Source of the DNA: Auanema rhodensis | Taxonomy: Eukaryota; Animalia; Nematoda | Assembly: GCA_964057225.1 (NCBI GenBank) | Contig: OZ059899.1 | Span: forward strand, 2,170,001-2,234,000 | DNA length: 64,000 nucleotides | Direction: 5' to 3' | Part shown: positions 10,501 through 24,000 of the stretch, piece after piece | Layout of the letters: every line of letters begins with the position of its first letter | How positions within the stretch are numbered: position 1 is the stretch's first letter | Translations under genes and position numbers: made by a program | Notes under the pieces: model-generated | Seen by the model: the letters and a program-made list of their open reading frames with translations, nothing else | Told to the model about the DNA's origin: nothing | The model's database searches: none

Positions 10501-13500
10501 ATGGAAACTCAACATACACTAATGCATCATTTTTCAAACGATCATAACTAATTTTTGTATCAAACGTTTCTCAATGTAGTAGAGTGCATTCGATGCGGAT
10601 TTTTAAGCTGCGTCGATCTGTGTTATCAGATTTGCGCTAGCTTAAAAATGCACCGAGATATCAACTGATATAAGTTCACACTTATATCCTCGATTTTCAC
10701 CCTGAAGAATCAATTTTTTCGTTGAATAACATTGTCTATCGTCTTTGCCTTGAAAAATGAAATCTAAAAACATCTACTTTTTGCTAAATTATTTTGAAAT
10801 TTTTCGAAAAAATTTTTGTCAAAATGTTTTTGGAAGCAATGTTGAGTGTACATGGAAACTCAACATACACTAATGCATCATTTTTCAAACGATCATAACT
10901 AATTTTTGTATCAAGCTTTTCTCAATGTAGTATAGTGCATTCGATGCGGATTTTTAAGCTGCGTCGATCTGTGTTATCAGATTTGCGCTAGCTTAAAAAT
11001 GCACCGAGATATCAACTGATATAAGTTCACACTTATATCCTCGATTTTCACCCTGAAGAATTAATTTTTTCGTTGAATAACATTGTCCATCGTCTTTGCC
11101 TTGAAAAATGGAATCTAAAAACATCTACTTTTTGCTAAATTATTTTGAAATTTTTCGAAAAAATTTTTGTCAAAATGTTTTTGGAAGCAATGTTGAGTGT
11201 ACATGGAAACTCAACATACACTAATGCATCATTTTTCAAACAATCATAACTAATTTGTGTATTAAGCGTTTCTCAATGTAGTATAGTGCATTCGATGCGG
11301 ATTTTTAAGCTGCGTCGATCTGTGTTATCAGATTTGCGCTAACTTAAAAATGCACCGAGATATCAACTGATATAAGTTCACACTTATATCCTCGATTTTC
11401 ACCCTGAACAATTAATTTTTTCGTTGAATAACATTGTCCATCGTCTTTGCCTTGAAAAATGGAATCTAAAAACATCTACTTTTTGCTAAATTATTTTGAA
11501 ATTTTTCGAAAAAATTTTTGTCAAAATGTTTTTGGAAGCAATGTTGAGTGTACATGGAAACTCAACATACACTAATGCATCATTTTTCAAACGATCATAA
11601 CTAATTTTTGTATCAAGCGTTTCTCGATGTAGTATAGTGCATTCGATGCGGATTTTTAAGCTGCGTCGATCTGTGTTATCAGATTTGCGCTAGCTTAAAA
11701 ATGCACCGAGATATCAACTGATATAAGTTCACACTTATATCCTCGATTTTCACCCTGAAGAATTGATTTTTTCGTTGAATAACATTGTCTATCGTCTTTG
11801 CCTTAAAAAATGGAATCTAAAAACTTCTACTTTTTGCTAAATTATTTTAAAATTTTTCGAAAAAATTTTTGTCAAAATGTTTTTGGAAGCAATGTTGAGT
11901 GTACATGGAAACTCAACATACACTAATGCATCATTTTTCAAACGATCATAACTAATTTTTGTATCAAGCGTTTCTCAATGTAGTATAGTGCATTCGATGC
12001 GGATTTTTAAGCTGCGTCGATCTGTGTTATCAGATTTGCGCTAGCTTAAAAATGCACCGAGATATCAACTGATATAAGTTCACACTTATATCCTCGATTT
12101 TCACCCTGAAAAATTAATTTTTTCGTTGAATAACATTGTCCATCGTCTTTGCCTTGAAAAATGGAATCTAAAAACATCTACTTTTTGCTAAATTATTTTG
12201 AAATTTTTCGAAAAAATTTTTGTCAAAATGTTTTTGGAAGCAATGTTGAGTGTACATGGAAACTCAACATACACTAATGCATCATTTTTCAAACGATCAT
12301 AACTAATTTTTGTATCAAACGTTTCTCAATGTAGTATAGTGCATTCGATGCGGATTTTTAAGCTGCGTCGATCTGTGTTATCAGATTTGCGCTAGCTTAA
12401 AAATGCACCGAGATATCAACTGATATAAGTTCACACTTATATCCTCGATTTTCACCCTGAAGAATTAATTTTTTCGTTGAATAGCATTGTCCATCGTCTT
12501 TGCCTTGAAAAAAGGAATCTAAAAACATCTACTTTTCGCTAAATTATTTTGAAATTTTTCGAAAAAATTTTTGTCAAAATGTTTTTGGAAGCAATGTTGA
12601 GTGTACATGGAAACTCAACATACACTAATGCATCATTTTTCAAACGATCATAACTAATTTTTGTATCAAGCGTTTCTCGATGTAGTATAGTGCATTCGAT
12701 GCGGATTTTTAAGCTGCGTCGATCTGTGTTATCAGATTTGCGCTAGCTTACAAATGCACCGAGATATCAACTGATATATGTTCACACTTATATCCTCGAT
12801 TTTCACCCTGAACAATTAATTTTTTCGTTGAATAACATTGTCCATCGTCTTTGCCTTGAAAAATGGAATCTAAAAACATCTACTTTTTGCTAAATTATTT
12901 TGAAATTTTTCGAAAAAATTTTTGTCAAAATGTTTTTGGAAGCAATGTTGAGTGTACATGGAAACTCAACATACACTAATGCATCATTTTTCAAACGATC
13001 ATAACTAATTTTTGTATCAAGCGTTTCTCGATGTAGTATAGTGCATTCGATGCGGATTTTTAAGCTGCGTCGATCTGTGTTATCAGATTTGCGCTAGCTT
13101 AAAAATGCACCGAGATATCAACTGATATAAGTTCACACTTATATCCTCGATTTTCACCCTGAGGAATTGATTTTTTCGTTGAATAACATTGTCTATCGTC
13201 TTTGCCTTAAAAAATGGAATCTAAAAACTTCTACTTTTTGCTAAATTATTTTAAAATTTTTCGAAAAAATTTTTGTCAAAATGTTTTTGGAAGCAATGTT
13301 GAGTGTACATGGAAACTCAACATACACTAATGCATCATTTTTCAAACGATCATAACTAATTTTTGTATCAAGCGTTTCTCAATGTAGTATAGTGCATTCG
13401 ATGCGGATTTTTAAGCTGCGTCGATCTGTGTTATCAGATTTGCGCTAGCTTAAAAATGCACCGAGATATCAACTGATATAAGTTCACACTTATATCCTCG

Positions 13501-16500
13501 ATTTTCACCCTGAAAAATTAATTTTTTCGTTGAATAACATTGTCCATCGTCTTTGCCTTGAAAAATGGAATCTAAAAACATCTACTTTTTGCTAAATTAT
13601 TTTGAAATTTTTCGAAAAAATTTTTGTCAAAATGTTTTTGGAAGCAATGTTGAGTGTACATGGAAACTCAACATACACTAATGCATCATTTTTCAAACGA
13701 TCATAACTAATTTTTGTATCAAACGTTTCTCAATGTAGTATAGTGCATTCGATGCGGATTTTTAAGCTGCGTCGATCTGTGTTATCAGATTTGCGCTAGC
13801 TTAAAAATGCACCGAGATATCAACTGATATAAGTTCACACTTATATCCTCGATTTTCACCCTGAAGAATTAATTTTTTCGTTGAATAACATTGTCCATCG
13901 TCTTTGCCTTGAAAAAAGGAATCTAAAAACATCTACTTTTTGCTAAATTATTTTGAAATTTTTCGAAAACATTTTTGTCAAAATGTTTTTGGAAGCAATG
14001 TTGAGTGTACATGGAAACTCAACATACACTAATGCATCATTTTTCAAACGATCATAACTAATTTTTGTATTAAGCGTTTCTCAATGTAGTATAGTGCATT
14101 CGATGCGAATTTTTAAGCTGCGTCGATCTGTGTTATCAGATTTGCGCTAGCTTAAAAATGCACCGAGATATCAACTGATATAAGTTCACACTTATATCCT
14201 CGATTTTCACCCTGAAGAATTAATTTTTTCGTTGAATAGCATTGTCCATCGTCTTTGCCTTGAAAAAAGGAATCTAAAAACATCTACTTTTCGCTAAATT
14301 ATTTTGAAATTTTTCGAAAAAATTTTTGTCAAAATGTTTTTGGAAGCAATGTTGAGTGTACATGGAAACTCAACATACACTAATGCATCATTTTTCAAAC
14401 GATCATAACTAATTTTTGTATCAAGCGTTTCTCGATGTAGTATAGTGCATTCGATGCGGATTTTTAAGCTGCGTCGATCTGTGTTATCAGATTTGCGCTA
14501 GCTTACAAATGCACCGAGATATCAACTGATATAAGTTCACACTTATATCCTCGATTTTCACCCTGAACAATTAATTTTTTCGTTGAATAACATTGTCCAT
14601 CGTCTTTGCCTTGAAAAATGGAATCTAAAAACATCTACTTTTTGCTAAATTATTTTGAAATTTTTCGAAAAAATTTTTGTCAAAATGTTTTTGGAAGCAA
14701 TGTTGAGTGTACATGGAAACTCAACATACACTAATGCATCATTTTTCAAACGATCATAACTAATTTTTGTATCAAACGTTTCTCAATGTAGTATAGTGCA
14801 TTCGATGCGGATTTTTAAGCTGCGTCGATCTGTGTTATCAGATTTGCGCTAGCTTAAAAATGCACCGAGATATCAACTGATATAAGTTCACACTTATATC
14901 CTCGATTTTCACCCTGAAGAATTAATTTTTTCGTTAAATAGCATTGTCCATCGTCTTTGCCTTGAAAAAAGGAATCTAAAAACATCTACTTTTCGCTAAA
15001 TTATTTTGAAATTTTTCGAAAAAATTTTTGTCAAAATGTTTTTGGAAGCAATGTTGAGTGTACATGGAAACTCAACATACACTAATGCATCATTTTTCAA
15101 ACGATCATAACTAATTTTTGTATCAAGCGTTTCTCGATGTAGTATAGTGCATTCGATGCGGATTTTTAAGCTGCGTCGATCTGTGTTATCAGATTTGCGC
15201 TAGCTTACAAATGCACCGAGATATCAACTGATATAAGTTCACACTTATATCCTCGATTTTCACCCTGAACAATTAATTTTTTCGTTGAATAACATTGTCC
15301 ATCGTCTTTGCCTTGAAAAATGGAATCTAAAAACATCTACTTTTTGCTAAATTATTTTGAAATTTTTCGAAAAAATTTTTGTCAAAATGTTTTTGGAAGC
15401 AATGTTGAGTGTACATGGAAACTCAACATACACTAATGCATCATTTTTCAAACGATCATAACTAATTTTTGTATCAAGCGTTTCTCGATGTAGTATAGTG
15501 CATTCGATGCGGATTTTTAAGCTGCGTCGATCTGTGTTATCAGATTTGCGCTAGCTTAAAAATGCACCGAGATATCAACTGATATAAGTTCACACTTATA
15601 TCCTCGATTTTCACCCTGAGGAATTGATTTTTTCGTTGAATAACATTGTCTATCGTCTTTGCCTTAAAAAATGGAATCTAAAAACTTCTACTCTTTGCTA
15701 AATTATTTTAAAATTTTTCGAAAAAATTTTTGTCAAAATGTTTTTGGAAGCAATGTTGAGTGTACATGGAAACTCAACATACACTAATGCATCATTTTTC
15801 AAACGATCATAACTAATTTTTGTATCAAGCGTTTCTCAATGTAGTATAGTGCATTCGATGCGGATTTTTAAGCTGCGTCGATCTGTGTTATCAGATTTGC
15901 GCTAGCTTAAAAATGCACCGAGATATCAACTGATATAAGTTCACACTTATATCCTCGATTTTCACCCTGAAGAATTAATTTTTTCGTTGAATAGCATTGT
16001 CCATCGTCTTTGCCTTGAAAAAAGGAATCTAAAAACATCTACTTTTCGCTAAATTATTTTGAAATTTTTCGAAAAAATTTTTGTCAAAATGTTTTTGGAA
16101 GCAATGTTGAGTGTACATGGAAACTCAACATACACTAATGCATCATTTTTCAAACGATCATAACTAATTTTTGTATCAAGCGTTTCTCGATGTAGTATAG
16201 TGCATTCGATGCGGATTTTTAAGCTGCGTCGATCTGTGTTATCAGATTTGCGCTAGCTTACAAATGCACCGAGATATCAACTGATATAAGTTCACACTTA
16301 TATCCTCGATTTTCACCCTGAACAATTAATTTTTTCGTTGAATAACATTGTCCATCGTCTTTGCCTTGAAAAATGGAATCTAAAAACATCTACTTTTTGC
16401 TAAATTATTTTGAAATTTTTCGAAAAAATTTTTGTCAAAATGTTTTTGGAAGCAATGTTGAGTGTACATGGAAACTCAACATACACTAATGCATCATTTT

Positions 16501-18602
16501 TCAAACGATCATAACTAATTTTTGTATCAAGCGTTTCTCGATGTAGTATAGTGCATTCGATGCGGATTTTTAAGCTGCGTCGATCTGTGTTATCAGATTT
16601 GCGCTAGCTTAAAAATGCACCGAGATATCAACTGATATAAGTTCACACTTATATCCTCGATTTTCACCCTGAGGAATTGATTTTTTCGTTGAATAACATT
16701 GTCTATCGTCTTTGCCTTAAAAAATGGAATCTAAAAACTTCTACTTTTTGCTAAATTATTTTAAAATTTTTCGAAAAAATTTTTGTCAAAATGTTTTTGG
16801 AAGCAATGTTGAGTGTACATGGAAACTCAACATACACTAATGCATCATTTTTCAAACGATCATAACTAATTTTTGTATCAAGCGTTTCTCAATGTAGTAT
16901 AGTGCATTCGATGCGGATTTTTAAGCTGCGTCGATCTGTGTTATCAGATTTGCGCTAGCTTAAAAATGCACCGAGATATCAACTGATATAAGTTCACACT
17001 TATATCCTCGATTTTCACCCTGAAGAATTAATTTTTTCGTTGAATAGCATTGTCCATCGTCTTTGCCTTGAAAAAAGGAATCTAAAAACATCTACTTTTC
17101 GCTAAATTATTTTGAAATTTTTCGAAAAAATTTTTGTCAAAATGTTTTTGGAAGCAATGTTGAGTGTACATGGAAACTCAACATACACTAATGCATCATT
17201 TTTCAAACGATCATAACTAATTTTTGTATCAAGCGTTTCTCGATGTAGTATAGTGCATTCGATGCGGATTTTTAAGCTGCGTCGATCTGTGTTATCAGAT
17301 TTGCGCTAGCTTACAAATGCACCGAGATATCAACTGATATAAGTTCACACTTATATCCTCGATTTTCACCCTGAACAATTAATTTTTTCGTTGAATAACA
17401 TTGTCCATCGTCTTTGCCTTGAAAAATGGAATCTAAAAACATCTACTTTTTGCTAAATTATTTTGAAATTTTTCGAAAAAATTTTTGTCAAAATGTTTTT
17501 GGAAGCAATGTTGAGTGTACATGGAAACTCAACATACACTAATGCATCATTTTTCAAACGATCATAACTAATTTTTGTATTAAGCGTTTCTCAATGTAGT
17601 ATAGTGCATTCGATGCGAATTTTTAAGCTGCGTCGATCTGTGTTATCAGATTTGCGCTAGCTTAAAAATGCACCGAGATATCAACTGATATAAGTTCACA
17701 CTTATATCCTCGATTTTCACCCTGAAGAATTGATTTTTTCGTTGAATAACATTGTCTATCGTCTTTGCCTTAAAAAATGGAATCTAAAAACTTCTACTTT
17801 TTGCTAAATTATTTTGAAATTTTTCGAAAAAATTTTTGTCAAAATGTTTTTGGAAGCAATGTTGAGTGTACATGGAAACTCAACATACACTAATGCATCA
17901 TTTTTCAAACGATCATAACTAATTTTTGTATCAAGCGTTTCTCAATGTAGTATAGTGCATTCGATGCGGATTTTTAAGCTGCGTCGATCTGTGTTATCAG
18001 ATTTGCGCTAGCTTAAAAATGCACCGAGATATCAACTGATATAAGTTCACACTTATATCCTCGATTTTCACCCTGAAAAATTAATTTTTTCGTTGAATAA
18101 CATTGTCCATCGTCTTTGCCTTGAAAAATGGAATCTAAAAACATCTACTTTTTGCTAAATTATTCTGAAATTTTTCGAAAAAATTTTTGTCAAAATGTTT
18201 TTGGAAGCAATGTTGAGTGTACATGGAAACTCAACATACACTAATGCATCATTTTTCAAACGATCATAACTAATTTTTGTATCAAACGTTTCTCAATGTA
18301 GTATAGTGCATTCGATGCGGATTTTTAAGCTGCGTCGATCTGTGTTATCAGATTTGCGCTAGCTTAAAAATGCACCGAGATATCAACTGATATAAGTTCA
18401 CACTTATATCCTCGATTTTCACCCTGAAGAATTAATTTTTTCGTTGAATAACATTGTCCATCGTCTTTGCCTTGAAAAAAGGAATCTAAAAACATCTACT
18501 TTTTGCTAAATTATTTTGAAATTTTTCGAAAACATTTTTGTCAAAATGTTTTTGGAAGCAATGTTGAGTGTACATGGAAACTCAACATACACTAATGCAT
18601 CA
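4563..18602. repeat. Higher-order duplication of about 18 monomers (initial offset 6318 bp) with later internal gain and loss
   Basis: The order of variant monomers starting at 4563 (aagctt; aacaat/ctaac; ttga/ttaaaa/cttc; gaaaaatt; aaacg/agc/ttttcgc; ttacaa; gagg; ...) recurs from 10881. Confidence 0.8.
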
Positions 18603-21059
18603 TTTTTCAAACGATCATAACTAATTTTTGTATTAAGCGTTTCTCAATGTAGTATAGTGCATTCGATGCGAATTTTTAAGCTGCGTCGATCTGTGTTATC
18701 AGATTTGCGCTAGCTTAAAAATGCACCGAGATATCAACTGATATAAGTTCACACTTATATCCTCGATTTTCACCCTGAAGAGATAATTTTTTCGTTGAAT
18801 AGCATTGTCCATCGTCTTTGCCTTGAAAAAAGGAATCTAAAAACATCTTCTTTTCGCTAAATTATTTTGAAATTTTTCGAAAAAATTTTTGTCAAAATGT
18901 TTTTGGAAGCAATGTTGAGTGTACATGGAAACTCAACATACACTAATGCATCATTTTTCAAACGATCATAACTAATTTTTGTATCAAGCGTTTCTCGATG
19001 TAGTATAGTGCATTCGATGCGGATTTTTAAGCTGCGTCGATCTGTGTTATCAGATTTGCGCTAGCTTACAAATGCACCGAGATATCAACTGATATAAGTT
19101 CACACTTATATCCTCGATTTTCACCCTGAAGAATTAATTTTTTCGTTGAATAACATTGTCCATCGTCTTTGCCTTGAAAAATGGAATCTAAAAACATCTA
19201 CTTTTTGCTAAATTATTTTGAAATTTTTCGAAAAAATTTTTGTCAAAATGTTTTTGGAAGCAATGTTGAGTGTACACGGAAACTCAACATACACTAATGC
19301 ATCATTTTTCAAACAATCATAACTAATTTGTGTATTAAGCGTTTCTCAATGTAGTATAGTGCATTCGATGCGGATTTTTAAGCTGCGTCGATCTGTGTTA
19401 TCAGATTTGCGCTAACTTAAATATGCACCGAGATATCAACTGATATAAGTTCACACTTATATCCTCGATTTTCACCCTGAACAATTAATTTTTTCGTTGA
19501 ATAACATTGTCCATCGTCTTTGCCTTGAAAAATGGAATCTAAAAACATCTACTTTTTGCTAAATTATTTTGAAATTTTTCGAAAAAATTTTTGTCAAAAT
19601 GTTTTTGGAAGCAATGTTGAGTGTACATGGAAACTCAACATACACTAATGCATCATTTTTCAAACGATCATAACTAATTTTTGTATCAAGCGTTTCTCGA
19701 TGTAGTATAGTGCATTCGATGCGGATTTTTAAGCTGCGTCGATCTGTGTTATCAGATTTGCGCTAGCTTAAAAATGCACCGAGATATCAACTGATATAAG
19801 TTCACACTTATATCCTCGATTTTCACCCTGAAGATTTGATTTTTTCGTTGAATAACATTGTCTATCGTCTTTGCCTTAAAAAATGGAATCTAAAAACTTC
19901 TACTTTTTGCTAAATTATTTTGAAATTTTTCGAAAAAATTTTTGTCAAAATGTTTTTGGAAGCAATGTTGAGTGTACATGGAAACTCAACATACACTAAT
20001 GCATCATTTTTCAAACGATCATAACTAATTTTTGTATCAAGCGTTTCTCAATGTAGTATAGTGCATTCGATGCGGATTTTTAAGCTGCGTCGATCTGTGT
20101 TATCAGATTTGCGCTAGCTTAAAAATGCACCGAGATATCAACTGATATAAGTTCACACTTATATCCTCGATTTTCACCCTGAAGATTTGATTTTTTCGTT
20201 GAATAACATTGTCTATCGTCTTTGCCTTAAAAAATGGAATCTAAAAACTTCTACTTTTTGCTAAATTATTTTGAAATTTTTCGAAAAAATTTTTGTCAAA
20301 ATGTTTTTGGAAGCAATGTTGAGTGTACATGGAAACTCAACATACACTAATGCATCATTTTTCAAACGATCATAACTAATTTTTGTATCAAGCGTTTCTC
20401 AATGTAGTATAGTGCATTCGATGCGGATTTTTAAGCTGCGTCGATCTGTGTTATCAGATTTGCGCTAGCTTAAAAATGCACCGAGATATCAACTGATATA
20501 AGTTCACACTTATATCCTCGATTTTCACCCTGACAAATTAATTTTTTCGTTGAATAACATTGTCCATCGTCTTTGCCTTGAAAAATGGAATCTAAAAACA
20601 TCTACTTTTTGCTAAATTATTTTGAAATTTTTCGAAAAAATTTTTGTCAAAATGTTTTTGGAAGCAATGTTGAGTGTACATGGAAACTCAACATACACTA
20701 ATGCATCATTTTTCAAACAATCATAACTAATTTGTGTATTAAGCGTTTCTCAATGTAGTATAGTGCATTCGATGCGGATTTTTAAGCTGCGTCGATCTGT
20801 GTTATTAGATTTGCGCTAACTTAAAAATGCACCGAGATATCAACTGATATAAGTTCACACTTATATCCTCGATTTTCACCCTGAACAATTAATTTTTTCG
20901 TTGAATAACATTGTCCATCGTCTTTGCCTTGAAAAATGGAATCTAAAAACATCTACTTTTTGCTAAATTATTTTGAAATTTTTCGAAAAAATTTTTGTCA
21001 AAATGTTTTTGGAAGCAATGTTGAGTGTACATGGAAACTCAACATACACTAATGCATCA

Positions 21060-24000
21060 TTTTTCAAACGATCATAACTAATTTTTGTATCAAACGTTTC
21101 TCAATGTAGTATAGTGCATTCGATGCGGATTTTTAAGCTGCGTCGATCTGTGTTATCAGATTTGCGCTAGCTTAAAAATGCACCGAGATATCAACTGATA
21201 TAAGTTCACACTTATATCCTCGATTTTCACCCTGAAGAATTCATTTTTTCGTTGAATAACATTGTCCATCGTCTTTGCCTTGAAAAAAGGAATCCAAAAA
21301 CATCTACTTTTTGCTAAATTATTTTGAAATTTTTGGAAAAAATTTTTGTCAAAATGTTTTTGGAAGCAATGTTGAGTGTACATGGAAACTCAACATACAC
21401 TAATGCATCATTTTTCAAACGATCATAACTAATTTTTGTATTAAGCGTTTCTCAATGTAGTATAGTGCATTCGATGCGAATTTTTAAGCTGCGTCGATCT
21501 GTGTTATCAGATTTGCGCTAGCTTAAAAATGCACCGAGATATCAACTGATATAAGTTCACACTTATATCCTCGATTTTCACCCTGAAGAATTAATTTTTT
21601 CGTTGAATAGCATTGTCCATCGTCTTTGCCTTGGAAAAAGGAATCTAAAAACATCTACTTTTTGCTAAATTATCTTGAAATTTTTCGAAAAAATTTTTGT
21701 CAAAATGTTTTTGGAAGCAATGTTGAGTGTACATGGAAACTCAACATACACTAATGCATCATTTTTCAAACGATCATAACTAATTTTTGTATCAAGCGTT
21801 TCTCGATGTAGTATAGTGCATTCGATGCGGATTTTTAAGCTGCGTCGATCTGTGTTATCAGATTTGCGCTAGCTTACAAATGCACCGAGATATCAACTGA
21901 TATAAGTTCACACTTATATCCTCGATTTTCACCCTGAAGAATTAATTTTTTCGTTGAATAGCATTGTCCATCGTCTTTGCCTTGAAAAAAGGAATCTAAA
22001 AACATCTACTTTTTGCTAAATTATTTTGAAATTTTTCGAAAAAATTTTTGTCAAAATGTTTTTGGAAGCAATGTTGAGTGTACATGGAAACTCAACATAC
22101 ACTAATGCATCATTTTTCAAACGATCATAACTAATTTTTGTATTAAGCGTTTCTCAATGTAGTATAGTGCATTCGATGCGAATTTTTAAGCTGCGTCGAT
22201 CTGTGTTATCAGATTTGCGCTAGCTTAAAAATGCACCGAGATATCAACTGATATAAGTTCACACTTATATCCTCGATTTTCACCCTGAAGAATTAATTTT
22301 TTCGTTGAATAGCATTGTCCATCGTCTTTGCCTTGGAAAAAGGAATCTAAAAACATCTACTTTTTGCTAAATTATTTTGAAATTTTTCGAAAAAATTTTT
22401 GTCAAAATGTTTTTGGAAGCAATGTTGAGTGTACATGGAAACTCAACATACACTAATGCATCATTTTTCAAACGATCATAACTAATTTTTGTATCAAGCG
22501 TTTCTCGATGTAGTATAGTGCATTCGATGCGGATTTTTAAGCTGCGTCGATCTGTGTTATCAGATTTGCGCTAGCTTACAAATGCACCGAGATATCAACT
22601 GATATAAGTTCACACTTATATCCTCGATTTTCACCCTGAAGAATTAATTTTTTCGTTGAATAACATTGTCCATCGTCTCTGCCTTGAAAAATGGAATCTA
22701 AAAACATCTACTTTTTGCTAAATTATTTTGAAATTTTTCGAAAAAATTTTTGTCAAAATGTTTTTGGAAGCAATGTTGAGTGTACATGGAAACTCAACAT
22801 ACACTAATGCATCATTTTTCAAACGATCATAACTAATTTTTGTATCAAGCGTTTCTCAATGTAGTATAGTGCATTCGATGCGGATTTTTAAGCTGCGTCG
22901 ATCTGTGTTATCAGATTTGCGCTAGCTTAAAAATGCACCGAGATATCAACTGATATAAGTTCACACTTATATCCTCGATTTTCACCCTGAAGAATTAATT
23001 TTTTCGTTGAATAACATTATCCATCGTCTTTGCCTTGAAAAATGGAATCTAAAAACATCTACTTTTTGCTAAATTATTTTGAAATTTTTCGAAAAAATTT
23101 TTGTCAAAATGTTTTTGGAAGCAATGTTGAGTGTACATGGAAACTCAACATACACTAATGCATCATTTTTCAAACAATCATAACTAATTTGTGTATTAAG
23201 CGTTTCTCAATGTAGTATAGTGCATTCGATGCGGATTTTTAAGCTGCGTCGATCTGTGTTATCAGTTTTGCGCTAACTTAAAAATGCACCGAGATATCAA
23301 CTGATATAAGTTCACACTTATATCCTCGATTTTCACCCTGAACAATTAATTTTTTCGTTGAATAACATTGTCCATCGTCTTTGCCTTGAAAAATGGAATC
23401 TAAAAACATCTACTTTTTGCTAAATTATTTTGAAATTTTTCGAAAAAATTTTTGTCAAAATGTTTTTGGAAGCAATGTTGAGTGTACATGGAAACTCAAC
23501 ATACACTAATGCATCATTTTTCAAACGATCATAACTAATTTTTGTATCAAACGTTTCTCAATGTAGTATAGTGCATTCGATGCGGATTTTTAAGCTGCGT
23601 CGATCTGTGTTATCAGATTTGCGCTAGCTTAAAAATGCACCGAGATATCAACTGATATAAGTTCACACTTATATCCTCGATTTTCACCCTGAAGAATTCA
23701 TTTTTTCGTTGAATAACATTGTCCATCGTCTTTGCCTTGAAAAAAGGAATCCAAAAACATCTACTTTTTGCTAAATTATTTTGAAATTTTTGGAAAAAAT
23801 TTTTGTCAAAATGTTTTTGGAAGCAATGTTGAGTGTACATGGAAACTCAACATACACTAATGCATCATTTTTCAAACGATCATAACTAATTTTTGTATTA
23901 AGCGTTTCTCAATGTAGTATAGTGCATTCGATGCGAATTTTTAAGCTGCGTCGATCTGTGTTATCAGATTTGCGCTAGCTTAAAAATGCACCGAGATATC

